32,000 nt of DNA from Pseudoalteromonas translucida KMM 520. Its GTDB lineage: Bacteria; Pseudomonadota; Gammaproteobacteria; Enterobacterales; Alteromonadaceae. Numbering within the stretch: the stretch's first letter is position 1; the number at the start of each line of letters is the position of its first letter. Shown here piece by piece: positions 1 to 9,306 of the stretch. The stretch spans positions 2,730,001 through 2,762,000 of the forward strand of contig NZ_CP011034.1 of assembly GCF_001465295.1 (NCBI RefSeq). Direction: 5' to 3'. A program made the position numbers and the translations under genes. The notes under the pieces were generated by a model that saw only the letters and a list, made by a program, of their open reading frames with translations, did no database searches and had not been told where the DNA came from.

Positions 1-180
1 GCGTGTTACTTTGTGTTTTCGCTTGGTATTTTATGTCGCCGCAGTAACAGCTTCCAGTTATGTTCATTTTATATATCCATTATTTTTAACGAGCTCCACC
101 TTTAACGGCGCTTCGCTATTACACGAGTTTTATATTAAAAGTGTACCTGCATAGCAATAAAACACCACAGCCTAAAGCAA

Positions 181-411
181 TTATTTAGTGCCTCTAAATT
201 TAGATAAATAGTGCTTAAACCAACTAAATAAATTAAAAAAGCGTGATTTAGCAACATGCTTACCAGCACTGTTTTTATTTAGCGCATCACGGCGCGCTTG
301 CGCTATATTTGCTTTAGCAGCAAAGCGCAAGCGTTGCTCATTACTAAGATCGTTTTCAAAGTTAAGCTGTAACTTTTTTACCTCACGGCTACGTTTCATT
401 GAACTACACAT
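181..411 (-). CDS. hypothetical small basic protein (76 aa)
   Basis: Open frame with a GAGG-like Shine-Dalgarno about 7 nt upstream of the ATG at 411. Lys/Arg-rich sequence. I recognise no family. Confidence 0.35.
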   Translation of the reverse strand: MCSSMKRSREVKKLQLNFENDLSNEQRLRFAAKANIAQARRDALNKNSAGKHVAKSRFFNLFSWFKHYLSKFRGTK

Positions 412-506
412 AGTACTACCTCAAAAAGGCTATTAACCTAATTAGTAGACAGGCTATGTGCGTTTTTTATTTCATAAAGTGTTCAATTCAGCACGTTTTT
501 AACACT

Positions 507-1769
507 TTAAGCTAACTTAATAAGCCTAAATTGCTTTTTGCCTCGCTGTATTACCCAAAAACGATCAAACAGCGGAAAATCTAGCTGCGCGTGATCGTCT
601 GTAATGGCCTCACCATTAATTTTAATCGCATTCGCGTTTATTAACTCACGCGCAGTACGCTTTGAGCTGGCCAGTTCACTTTTAACCAATAACTCAGCAA
701 TATTTATTTGCGCGTCGCTAATTGCGTGCACGGCTAGCCCATCTTGCTCTAATTGCTCAAGCTCTGCCAAGGTGAGTGTTTGCACTTGGCCGTTAAACAA
801 TAGTTGCGTAATGCGCTGCGCGCTTGCTAAGCCTTGTTCGCCATGTACAAAGCGGGTTAATTGCTCGGCTAAAATACCTTGCGCTTGAGGCTTTTGTTGG
901 CTGGTAATGTCATTTGCTTCAATGGCTTCAATTTTTTTTACCGATAAAAAGGTGTAAAAACGCAAAAAGTTGTATACATCGGCATCGTCACAATTTAACC
1001 AAAATTGGTAAAAGCGATACGGTGAGGTTTTTTTCGGATCAAGCCAAATTGCGCCGCCTTCCGTTTTACCAAACTTAGTACCGTCTGATTTAGTAATAAG
1101 TGGCAAAGTTAATCCATACACAGTTTGCTTATTTAAGCGGCGGGTTAAATCAATCCCACTTACTATATTCCCCCACTGATCGTTGCCGCCAATTTGCACA
1201 CTACAACCCAGTTCGCTATTTAATTTAGCAAAGTCGTACGACTGCAATAAAGTGTAACTAAATTCAGTAAACGATAAACCTTGATCAGGGCGTTGCAAAC
1301 GTTGCTTTACCGACTCGCGGTTGATCATATTATTAATTGAAAAGTGCTTACCTACATCGCGAAAAAAATCTAACACTTCAATACCGCTAAACCAGTCGGC
1401 ATTATTTTTTAATTGAATTGGCTCGCTTAAATGCGGGTTCATTACACTCTCTACTTGTGAGCTTAGATCTGCTACCCAGCCTTGTACGGTTTCTTTACTG
1501 TTTAAACTGCGCTCGGTGGCTTTAAAGCTTGGATCGCCAATTAACCCAGTTGCGCCACCAATTAATGCCACCGCTTTATGGCCGGCATCATTAAATCGCT
1601 TTAGCATTAGCAAAGGTACTAAGTGGCCAATATGTAAACTGCCCGCGGTAGGATCAAAACCACAATACACAACTTGCGAGGTTGCTAATAACTGCTCAAG
1701 CTGCGCTAAATCGCTAACCTGAGAAACCAAGCCGCGATGTGTAATATCTTCCAGTAATTGTGTTGTCAT
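507..1769 (-). CDS. tyrS: tyrosyl-tRNA synthetase
   Basis: Class I HIGH motif (SLHIGHL) and KMSKS-like KFGKT. Collinear with enterobacterial TyrS from MTTQLL onward. The track ORF begins at a GTG (1787), but the ATG at 1769 matches the conserved N-terminus. Confidence 0.95.
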   Translation of the reverse strand: MTTQLLEDITHRGLVSQVSDLAQLEQLLATSQVVYCGFDPTAGSLHIGHLVPLLMLKRFNDAGHKAVALIGGATGLIGDPSFKATERSLNSKETVQGWVADLSSQVESVMNPHLSEPIQLKNNADWFSGIEVLDFFRDVGKHFSINNMINRESVKQRLQRPDQGLSFTEFSYTLLQSYDFAKLNSELGCSVQIGGNDQWGNIVSGIDLTRRLNKQTVYGLTLPLITKSDGTKFGKTEGGAIWLDPKKTSPYRFYQFWLNCDDADVYNFLRFYTFLSVKKIEAIEANDITSQQKPQAQGILAEQLTRFVHGEQGLASAQRITQLLFNGQVQTLTLAELEQLEQDGLAVHAISDAQINIAELLVKSELASSKRTARELINANAIKINGEAITDDHAQLDFPLFDRFWVIQRGKKQFRLIKLA

Positions 1770-1949
1770 TGTACTTTTCCCACACACATGTGTTAATTAG
1801 TTAGGGTAAAAATACTAATTAAAGCAGCTAAGCAACCATATATCCCTAAAGGGATAGAAAGTACTTTATATTAATCAGTTTAAGTAGAAGCGCCGTTTAA
1901 CGGTGTAAAAGTAGCATTAAAGCAAGGCAAGTGTTTATGCCAATAAACC

Positions 1950-2753
1950 TTATTCGCTAGTGATTAAGTGGTTTAAAAACAGCTGAAAAAACTCACTCAA
2001 CGAAGACACTTTTAATTGTGCGTAAATACGTTTACGGTGGTTTTTAACTGTACCTAAGGTGATATTTAATTGCTTAGCAATATCGTTAGAATCGCAGCCT
2101 TGCACTAATAGCATAGCTATTTGTCGCTCGCGGGTGGTAAGTTGCTCGTTGGCAAAGGTATCTAAACCACGCTCAATTAATTGCCCTGTAGCGCTGGTAG
2201 TTAAAGGCCCAAGCAATAATAAGTTATTGCCCCAATGTTGGCGGCATAATGCTTTTATAAGGCTAAAATGAGCTATTAGAGTGCTTTTTTGTGCGGCGCT
2301 AAAACGTTGTTTGCTTTCTAAAAAACCTAAATAAATAACAATCCAGCGGCTTTCATCTGTGCGCACACTTATACTTAGCTCATCTACCCAACCGGTTTCG
2401 TTATAAAACTGTTGCTGGTACTGGGTATAAGCTGCTAAGTCTTTATTTGCGCTGATATCGACTAACCGATACACGCCTTCATGGCCATTTTTTGACAGTT
2501 CAATATAAAAGGGATCATTAATAAACGAGTTGGTTAAATAGCGCTGAAACAATAACTCACGGCGAGTATCTATCGAGTCGTATAAATAAATGGGGTGTTT
2601 ATGGGCTCTGCAGCCTAAAATCACCGCGCAGTCAAATTGCACTAAATGAGCAATATAGTTCACTATTTTTTGTGCAAAACCAGTTGAATTGATTGCTTCA
2701 ACACATTGCGCAATTAGCTCATTTTCAGTGGGTTTTGCAATCATTACTGCCAC
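1950..2753 (-). CDS. LuxR-family transcriptional regulator with a C-terminal HTH and an uncharacterised N-terminal domain
   Basis: The C-terminal segment TTRERQIAMLLVQGCDSNDIAKQLNITLGTVKNHRKRIYAQLKV is a typical LuxR/GerE HTH. The gene starts only 23 bp after the upstream desaturase-like gene. Confidence 0.8.
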   Translation of the reverse strand: MAVMIAKPTENELIAQCVEAINSTGFAQKIVNYIAHLVQFDCAVILGCRAHKHPIYLYDSIDTRRELLFQRYLTNSFINDPFYIELSKNGHEGVYRLVDISANKDLAAYTQYQQQFYNETGWVDELSISVRTDESRWIVIYLGFLESKQRFSAAQKSTLIAHFSLIKALCRQHWGNNLLLLGPLTTSATGQLIERGLDTFANEQLTTRERQIAMLLVQGCDSNDIAKQLNITLGTVKNHRKRIYAQLKVSSLSEFFQLFLNHLITSE

Positions 2754-2776
2754 GGTGTTTTAGTTAAATTAAAAGT

Positions 2777-3778
2777 TTAATTGGCGTTAGCATTATAAAA
2801 ATTTGCCTGTTTAATACTGGCAAAGTCATTAAAACGCACGCCATGTTCGCGCATTACATTTAGCACTTTTTTACTTAGCATTTGGCGTAAATAAAACGGC
2901 TGATTTGGCACAAAATGATGAATACTGTGGGTTTTACCAAAATTAAAGCAAAACAAGTGAAACGGCATAAATACTCGACTGGTTAACACATGGGTTTGCT
3001 CCAGCATATTGGTTACACCGCCATAGTAATGCATGCACGAGGTAACAAAATTTAGCGAGCTCGAGCGCACAATATTAGGCACAATTAACACCACCATTAA
3101 AAACTCAAATAACGACATAGTGCTTAATAACCAAGCCGGCGAGCTTTGTGCAAGCCCAGTAAATAAGTTAACACCATGAAATATAATTACGCTGTATAAA
3201 ACAATAAAGTAAGCGGTGGTAATAGGAAAACCGGCATTAAATATCTTAAAAAAGTGAAAGCCTTTAATCTCTTTAGAAAAGCGTTTGGCGTTAATTAATA
3301 AGCCTAATAAGCCATCCACAATAACCAGCGCGCGTAACAAAGGGTTTTTAATACCATTACCCACTAAACGCTCTTCTAGGTCTTGTTGTGTGCCTGAAGT
3401 TTTATGATGGTGTAAATGTAACTTACGACGATACCAAGGGCTGATAGTATTAGGGCGCATTAACCACACAGTTAGCATCATAAAATTATGCATAAATGGC
3501 TGATTACTAAAATACTGTTTATGAATTAAATCATGCTCTAACTCATGCGAAATAGACGCAGCCATAGCAGCTAAAATAATACATAACCACGCAGGAATAA
3601 TGGCTAAATAATATAAAAAGCCAACCCCAACTAATGCCCCAAGAGATAACAGTAAAATAACTAATCCCAAGGTATTTTGATGCGTTAATAATGGATGCTT
3701 AGCGCGTAGCTTCGTCTCTTCAGCCTTAATCGCTTTAACAATGGCTTGAATATTTTCTTTTGCACTTAAATGAGTCAT
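2777..3778 (-). CDS. membrane fatty-acid desaturase/hydroxylase family protein
   Basis: Three histidine boxes (HELEH, HLHHH, HSIHH) are separated by hydrophobic membrane segments. Confidence 0.75.
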   Translation of the reverse strand: MTHLSAKENIQAIVKAIKAEETKLRAKHPLLTHQNTLGLVILLLSLGALVGVGFLYYLAIIPAWLCIILAAMAASISHELEHDLIHKQYFSNQPFMHNFMMLTVWLMRPNTISPWYRRKLHLHHHKTSGTQQDLEERLVGNGIKNPLLRALVIVDGLLGLLINAKRFSKEIKGFHFFKIFNAGFPITTAYFIVLYSVIIFHGVNLFTGLAQSSPAWLLSTMSLFEFLMVVLIVPNIVRSSSLNFVTSCMHYYGGVTNMLEQTHVLTSRVFMPFHLFCFNFGKTHSIHHFVPNQPFYLRQMLSKKVLNVMREHGVRFNDFASIKQANFYNANAN

Positions 3779-3901
3779 AAATTACAACCGATCAATTATG
3801 TTGGGGCGGATAATACCCGAACTGGTAAAAAAAACACCTTTGAGAGTACTTTCTTATGCTCTTTGATACTAGTTGCTAATGCTTTTACACGCTAATTACT
3901 G

Positions 3902-3937
3902 CAAAAATAACACGGGCGCTCCTCTATTAGCGCCCGT
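3902..3937 (-). terminator. rho-independent terminator downstream of the M20 gene
   Basis: Stem acgggcgct/agcgcccgt (3912-3937), followed on the - strand by gttattttt. Confidence 0.6.
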
Positions 3938-3971
3938 AATTTATTTAACCCTAGCGTGAGCCAAGTTTAAG

Positions 3972-5273
3972 TTAGTTTTTTTGCTGTGCAGCTAAATAGT
4001 CAATCGCCAGCTGGCTCATTGCTTTAGTGCCCACTTTAAGCGTTGACTCATCAACATAAAAGTACGGCGAATGGTTGGTTGGTGCCGTTTTAGCATCTTG
4101 CCCTGTTGGCGTGCCGCCTAAAAACAAAAATAAACCCGGTACTTGCTGAGCATAAAAAGAAAAGTCTTCTGCACCGGTAACTTTAGGCACATCAAACAGA
4201 TTATCTTTGCCTACTATATTTTTAAGTGTTGGCAGCATTTGCGCGGTAAGCTCTGGGTTATTAATCGTTACAGGGTAACCTTTAAAAATATTTACCTGTG
4301 CTTCGGCCCCCGACGCTTTAGCAATATGCGTAGCTGTAGTGGTTAATTTTTCAAAAATTTGTTGGCGGTTATCCATATCAAAATTACGAATAGTACCTAC
4401 CATTTCTACACTATCGGGAATAATATTATTACGTACGCCGCCGGCTATTTTACCAAACGAGATAATGGCAGGCTCTTTAGTTATATCTATTTGACGACTA
4501 ACAATGTGATTAACCCCTGAGACAATTTGCGCAGCAACTGAAATAGGATCGACCCCACCCCAAGGCGATGAACCATGTGTTTGTTTACCTTTTACCGTTA
4601 TTTCGAAGCGATCGGCACTGGCCATAATTGGGCCACTACGATAGCCAATTTGGCCGCTGTTTAATCCCGCCATAACATGAATGCCAAACGCCACATCGGG
4701 TTGATACTTTTTAAATATCCCCTCTTTTAGCATTAACTCAGCTCCGCCCTCTTCGCCTTGTGGCGCGCCTTCTTCCGCTGGCTGAAACACAAACATAATA
4801 TCGCCGTGTAATTCATTTTTTACAGCGGCTAATACTTCAGCTGCACCCATTAGCATAGCCACATGCGTGTCGTGCCCACAGGCATGCATAACCCCAACAT
4901 CAACCCCATTATACTTGGTAGTTACCAGTGATTTAAAAGGCACATCGGCTTTTTCGGTTACTGGCAGTGCATCCATATCAGCACGCAGCATTACTGTTGG
5001 CCCCGGCTTACCGCCTTTTAAAATCCCCACTACACCAGTGTAGGCAATGTCGGTTTCAACCTGCATCCCCAAGGCCTTTAAATGGTGAGCTACAATCGCA
5101 GCGGTACGTGTTTCGCGGTTGCTTAACTCTGGGTGCTGATGAAAATCGCGACGCCATTCAATCACCTTATCTTCAACCTGGTTTATCTGTTTATCGATAT
5201 TAATATTTGCACTGGCATTAAATGCCCCTAGGCTTGATAAGCCAATAGCTAATGAGATTAATGAGCGTTTCAT
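3972..5273 (-). CDS. secreted M20-family amidohydrolase/peptidase (hippurate hydrolase or N-acyl-amino-acid amidohydrolase type)
   Basis: Signal peptide MKRSLISLAIGLSSLGAFNASA. M20D-type metal-binding motifs (MHACGHD, FQPAEEG). Confidence 0.85.
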   Translation of the reverse strand: MKRSLISLAIGLSSLGAFNASANINIDKQINQVEDKVIEWRRDFHQHPELSNRETRTAAIVAHHLKALGMQVETDIAYTGVVGILKGGKPGPTVMLRADMDALPVTEKADVPFKSLVTTKYNGVDVGVMHACGHDTHVAMLMGAAEVLAAVKNELHGDIMFVFQPAEEGAPQGEEGGAELMLKEGIFKKYQPDVAFGIHVMAGLNSGQIGYRSGPIMASADRFEITVKGKQTHGSSPWGGVDPISVAAQIVSGVNHIVSRQIDITKEPAIISFGKIAGGVRNNIIPDSVEMVGTIRNFDMDNRQQIFEKLTTTATHIAKASGAEAQVNIFKGYPVTINNPELTAQMLPTLKNIVGKDNLFDVPKVTGAEDFSFYAQQVPGLFLFLGGTPTGQDAKTAPTNHSPYFYVDESTLKVGTKAMSQLAIDYLAAQQKN

Positions 5274-5462
5274 CTGTGTTCCTTTTTATTATCTGCCTTT
5301 AGCAACACTGCGCAGTGCTGTTATAGAACATTTTGACGTGTGTAAGTAGATAATGCGCAATGCACTGAGCAATGCAAATAATTACCTTGTTATTTTGAGC
5401 TGTTATGCAAAATATTTAACAAACTACATAGTAACCAAAACTCACTAGAGTAAAAACACCAA

Positions 5463-5492
5463 TAAAAAATGACGCTGTTTAGCGTCATTTTT
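5463..5492 (-). terminator. rho-independent (bidirectional) terminator downstream of the NO reductase gene
   Basis: Stem atgacgct/agcgtcat (5469-5488), flanked by A6 and T5 runs. Confidence 0.65.
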
Positions 5493-5524
5493 GTTTAACT
5501 TTATTTTATATATTTACAATATAA

Positions 5525-7783
5525 CTAGGGCGTTTTAACTGCTTTTTCTGGCGAGCTAAATACCCCTTTAACAACTTGCCAAGTAACCGCTAATGCGCCC
5601 ACCATAAATACTACATCGCCAATAGTGCGCACCCAACGTAGCGTTACCAAAGTATCGCTTTGCATTAATGCTTCGCTACGTGCATACCAAAGTCCCTCTG
5701 ATGCGCTGGCAACAAATTGAATAATACCAACCGGTAATAAACTAGTGAATAGCATTAACGCTAGCCCTATATTCATCCACCAAAAAGAGGTTTTCATTAA
5801 GCCTTCATCAAATTTTAAATGCGGGCGAATGTATCTTAATATGAGTAGTGTAAAGCCCAACGCTAAAAAGCCATAAACGCCAAATAAGGCTGCATGGGCA
5901 TGTGTTGCTGTGGTATTAAGTCCTTGAATATAATACAAAGCAATTGGTGGGTTGATCATAAAGCCCAGCACACCTGCACCTAACATATTCCAAAACGCAA
6001 CGGCTACAAAATACATAGTTGGCCATTTAACATTTTCCATCCAAGGCGCACGCGTTTTAAATTTATAATGCTCCCACGCTTCATGACCAAGCACTATAAG
6101 TGGTACTACTTCAAGCGCACTAAAGGTTGCACCTACAGCCATAACCGGTGTAGTTGTACCCGAAAAGTACAAGTGATGGAAAGTCCCCGGAACACCGCCT
6201 AACATAAACAGCGAAGCAGACGCTAACGAAGCCACTGTAGCCATACGTTTAGACACTAAACCCATATTAAAAAATATAAAGGCCAGTGCAGTTGTGGCAA
6301 ATACTTCAAAGAAACCTTCTACCCATAAATGCACAATCCACCAGCGCCAATATTCCATTACTGAAATATGCGTACGCTCGCCGTAGAAAAAACCCGCACC
6401 ATAAAATAAGCCAATCGCAATTACCGACAGCATAAATAAGACCAGTAAGTTTTTATCACCCTCTTTATTTAAAGTGGGTGTAATACAACGCATCATTAAT
6501 ACTAACCACAGCAATATTCCAACAAACTTACCAATTTGCCATAGTCGTCCTAAATCAATGTATTCATAGCCCTGATGGCCTAACCAAAAGTTTAGTTCTG
6601 GCGGCATTATTTGCGCAATTGCTAAGTACTGACCAATAAACGAGCCAACGACTACCAATACTAACGCCCAAAACAATACATCAACACCCAGCTTTTGAAA
6701 TTTAGGATCTTCGCCACCATTAATAATTGGAGCTAAAAACAAACCTGCCGCTAAAAAGCCTGTTGCAATCCAAAATAACGCCGACTGAATATGCCAAGTT
6801 CGCACTAAACTATAGGGGAACCATTCAGAGGTTTGCACGCCATAAAAGCCCTGCCCTTCAACGGTATAATGAGCGGTAAATGCCCCTACAAATATTTGAA
6901 AGGTAAACAAGGCTACAATTAAAAATAAGTATTTACCTAAAGATTTTTGCGAAGGCGTTAAGTTAAAAGATAAAATAGGATCTGTTTTTGGCACGATTGG
7001 CTCTTCGTCATCCTGCCTGCGTAAAAATGCCCACGCCCACACTAATGCTCCAATTCCTGCAACCAGTAACACAATACTGACCAGCGACCATACTATGTTT
7101 TCGGTAGTGGGTTTATTATCAATTAATGGCTCATGCGGCCAGTTATTGGTATAGGTTGCATTCCCATCTAAACGCTCAGTAGATGCCGCCCAAGCCGTCC
7201 AAAAGAAAAACTCGTTTAAACGCGCTCTGCGCTCAGCACTGGGCAAAGTAACTTCTTTCATTGCATAGTTAGCACGGGTTTGCTGTAGCTCAGCTGCGCC
7301 ACCAAACAACGCATTATAATAATCACTGGTTTGCGCTATTGCCTGCATACGTCGCGACGACAAGCTCACAGTGTTGGCTTCTGTATTATAAGTGTTTGTT
7401 CTATAATCTTTTTTAAGATCATAGCGCAGCATATGTTGCTGCTGCTCATTGAGTTCATCGTATGCTGCACCAAATTGATCTTGTGCAGCTAAATTTAACC
7501 AACTCACTAGCTCGCGATGCAACCAGTCAGCGGTCCAATCTGGCGCTTGATAAGCTCCATGCCCCCAAACCGAACCTAATTGCATGCCACCAACAGATTG
7601 CCAAGCAGTTTGCCCGTCAAGTATTTGCTCCTCTGTGGTTAACACTTTGCCACTTTCTGATACAAACGCGGCTGGTATTGGCGGTGCTTCACGGTAAATT
7701 TCTGTGCCGTAGTAACCTAATAATGAAAAGGTGACTGCGACGACTCCTAAAAGGGCCCACCATAACCTTTTATATTCTCTCAT
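5525..7783 (-). CDS. norB: quinol-dependent nitric oxide reductase, single-subunit NorB/NorZ (qNOR) type
   Basis: 752 aa. An N-terminal extension with one TM helix and a periplasmic domain is fused to a heme-copper oxidase subunit I-like 12-TM core with conserved His ligands. No norC gene is adjacent. Confidence 0.85.
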   Translation of the reverse strand: MREYKRLWWALLGVVAVTFSLLGYYGTEIYREAPPIPAAFVSESGKVLTTEEQILDGQTAWQSVGGMQLGSVWGHGAYQAPDWTADWLHRELVSWLNLAAQDQFGAAYDELNEQQQHMLRYDLKKDYRTNTYNTEANTVSLSSRRMQAIAQTSDYYNALFGGAAELQQTRANYAMKEVTLPSAERRARLNEFFFWTAWAASTERLDGNATYTNNWPHEPLIDNKPTTENIVWSLVSIVLLVAGIGALVWAWAFLRRQDDEEPIVPKTDPILSFNLTPSQKSLGKYLFLIVALFTFQIFVGAFTAHYTVEGQGFYGVQTSEWFPYSLVRTWHIQSALFWIATGFLAAGLFLAPIINGGEDPKFQKLGVDVLFWALVLVVVGSFIGQYLAIAQIMPPELNFWLGHQGYEYIDLGRLWQIGKFVGILLWLVLMMRCITPTLNKEGDKNLLVLFMLSVIAIGLFYGAGFFYGERTHISVMEYWRWWIVHLWVEGFFEVFATTALAFIFFNMGLVSKRMATVASLASASLFMLGGVPGTFHHLYFSGTTTPVMAVGATFSALEVVPLIVLGHEAWEHYKFKTRAPWMENVKWPTMYFVAVAFWNMLGAGVLGFMINPPIALYYIQGLNTTATHAHAALFGVYGFLALGFTLLILRYIRPHLKFDEGLMKTSFWWMNIGLALMLFTSLLPVGIIQFVASASEGLWYARSEALMQSDTLVTLRWVRTIGDVVFMVGALAVTWQVVKGVFSSPEKAVKTP

Positions 7784-8224
7784 TATTACTCTCCTGTTAA
7801 ATGTACATGACGCAATTTTATGGCGAAGCTTTATATTACTGATGTAACTATTGATAACTTATAAAGCGATCTTTGCAAATCAATAAACTAGTAAGCCGTT
7901 TTAGCAACTGAGGGTTATTTGTAATACGATAAATTCCTTTCAGCTTACTCTTAACATACAGTAAATATTTGAGCAGAATATGTGTCCAGATCAACATAAT
8001 CGCCGTTAGCGACAATAAAAAAGATTACACGATAGAGTTTTAAAGTTACTTAATGAGTGTTGTGCAAAAATTAAGTGCACTAGGCTATATTAATAACCCC
8101 AAGGAAAAGTGGTGGGTTCAAGCTAAATCGTGCTAGAACATATAAAGATGCATTCAATGCTTTGCACAAGCAAAGGAAAGCTTTTTAGTTACTGAGATCT
8201 GTACAAGATGAGTGGTTTTATAAA

Positions 8225-8261
8225 CGGATAAAATAAAACGGTATTTAATAAAATACCGTTT
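8225..8261 (-). terminator. rho-independent terminator downstream of the DeoR gene
   Basis: Perfect 11-bp stem aaacggtattt/aaataccgttt (8236-8261), followed on the - strand by a T-rich tract. Confidence 0.6.
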
Positions 8262-8282
8262 ACTCCGCTGCTACTATTAAAA

Positions 8283-9041
8283 TCAGCCTACGGCTACTTG
8301 AATGCCTTTTTCTTCAAGCTCATTACGGACACTTTCTGGAAAAGCGCTATCGGTTATAATTATATCAAAGCATTCAATATCGAGTGCGTGGAAGGTGCCG
8401 ATCTTTCCATATTTAGATGAATCTGATATTAAAATTATCTTTTGTGCAGCCTTAGCAACTGCTTTTTTAATGATAACTTTTGGTTCACTCGGCGTAGAAA
8501 GTCCTCGTAAGTTCCAAGACGAAGTAGAAACAAACGCGACGTCTATATTCATGCCATTTAAAAAATCGGCCACTTTGCTGCCCACACTCGATTGATTATC
8601 ACGATCGACACGGCCACCTGTATGGTAAAGTTCACTCGAACTATGTTTCATTAAATACATGGCAATCATAAAGTCGTTAGTAATAAAGAGTAAATCATTT
8701 CGAGGTGCTAAATGACGTGCAATTTCAAGTGAAGTGGTACCAGCATCAAGATAAACCGATGCATTTTCAGGCACAAATTGACTTGCTAGTTTGCCAATTA
8801 CTGCTTTTTCTGCGGCATTCTGGTGCGCTTTCGCGTCATGAGATGGCTCATTATGTAATATTGTAGTTAACTGCACTCCCCCTGATACCGATAATACTTT
8901 GCCATCTTTTTCTAACTTTGCAATATCACGACGAATAGTCATGTGAGATACCGCAAGATTATCAACTAATTCATTGATACTAATAACATCTTGCTGTGAA
9001 AGTAATGATAAAATTATTTTATGGCGCTCTGCTGGGATCAT
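8283..9041 (-). CDS. DeoR-family transcriptional regulator (YgbI-like)
   Basis: N-terminal DeoR HTH (INELVDNLAVSHMTIRRDIAKLE) plus a C-terminal sugar-phosphate-binding DeoR-C domain. It is divergent from the acid-sugar genes, as ygbI is in E. coli. Confidence 0.85.
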   Translation of the reverse strand: MIPAERHKIILSLLSQQDVISINELVDNLAVSHMTIRRDIAKLEKDGKVLSVSGGVQLTTILHNEPSHDAKAHQNAAEKAVIGKLASQFVPENASVYLDAGTTSLEIARHLAPRNDLLFITNDFMIAMYLMKHSSSELYHTGGRVDRDNQSSVGSKVADFLNGMNIDVAFVSTSSWNLRGLSTPSEPKVIIKKAVAKAAQKIILISDSSKYGKIGTFHALDIECFDIIITDSAFPESVRNELEEKGIQVAVG

Positions 9042-9221
9042 AATGGCTAATGTCAGTTATTATTTTGTAGCTATCTTATCAACTCAACCTGCAACTGTGA
9101 AGTTATGCTTGTTATTGTTAAATAACTTTATTTTCCTGTAATTTCATTCGTACTTTCAACAATTTTTATATTTTTTCATGCCTAAAATGTTACCAATTGG
9201 TAAGTTGTGTGAATAAACTGC

Positions 9222-9273
9222 TTGACGACATTAAAATCCAAACATATAGTCACAACAATTAACGAGGATTAAC
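9222..9273 (+). promoter_or_regulatory. sigma70-type promoter plus candidate operator (module copy 1, upstream of the porin)
   Basis: TTGACG (9222-9227), 17 nt, TATAGT (9245-9250), then CACAA and the direct repeat TTAAC-N5-TTAAC (9259-9263 and 9269-9273). The same module recurs at 11010 and 16751. Confidence 0.5.
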
Positions 9274-9306
9274 ACATAGAGCCAATATCTCAATAAAGGA
9301 AAGTAC

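Noticed and set aside
604-1722. ORFs 604-888 (+) and 1516-1722 (+) lie antisense within tyrS. Similar antisense ORFs occur inside other large genes: 2059-2271, 4143-4346, 4967-5203, 7462-7734, 8302-8595, 11162-11425, 21197-21379, 25613-25813, 26254-27144, 27998-28222 and 28367-30865.
   Set aside because: Each lies entirely within, and opposite to, a confidently identified conserved gene. They have odd composition (Cys/Ser/Arg-rich) and no RBS, as expected of shadow ORFs.
97-1905. An inverted pair of similar segments brackets the small ORF and tyrS. 97-146 (cacctttaacggcgcttc...) matches the reverse complement of 1861-1905 (caccgttaaacggcgcttc...), with weaker similarity continuing for about 30 nt.
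   Set aside because: The solid core is only about 18 nt with one indel. My rough estimate is that about one such match is expected by chance in a 32-kb window searched on both strands. The flanking similarity is AT-rich and gappy. There are no transposase genes or target-site duplications. It is worth a BLASTN for a dispersed REP-like element but is not supportable as a feature.
8053-8136. A 27-codon ORF (MSVVQKLSALGYINNPKEKWWVQAKSC) in the long norB upstream region.
   Set aside because: It has no Shine-Dalgarno sequence and no recognisable family, and its length is within chance expectation for a 500-bp spacer.
7784-8282. I searched for a sigma54 promoter (TGGCAC-N5-TTGC) with NorR sites, and for an FNR/Dnr box (TTGAT-N4-ATCAA), upstream of norB.
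   Set aside because: The best sigma54-like string (gtgcacttaatttttgc on the - strand) lacks the GG dinucleotide and has the wrong spacing. TTGATaactTATAA matches only one FNR half-site.
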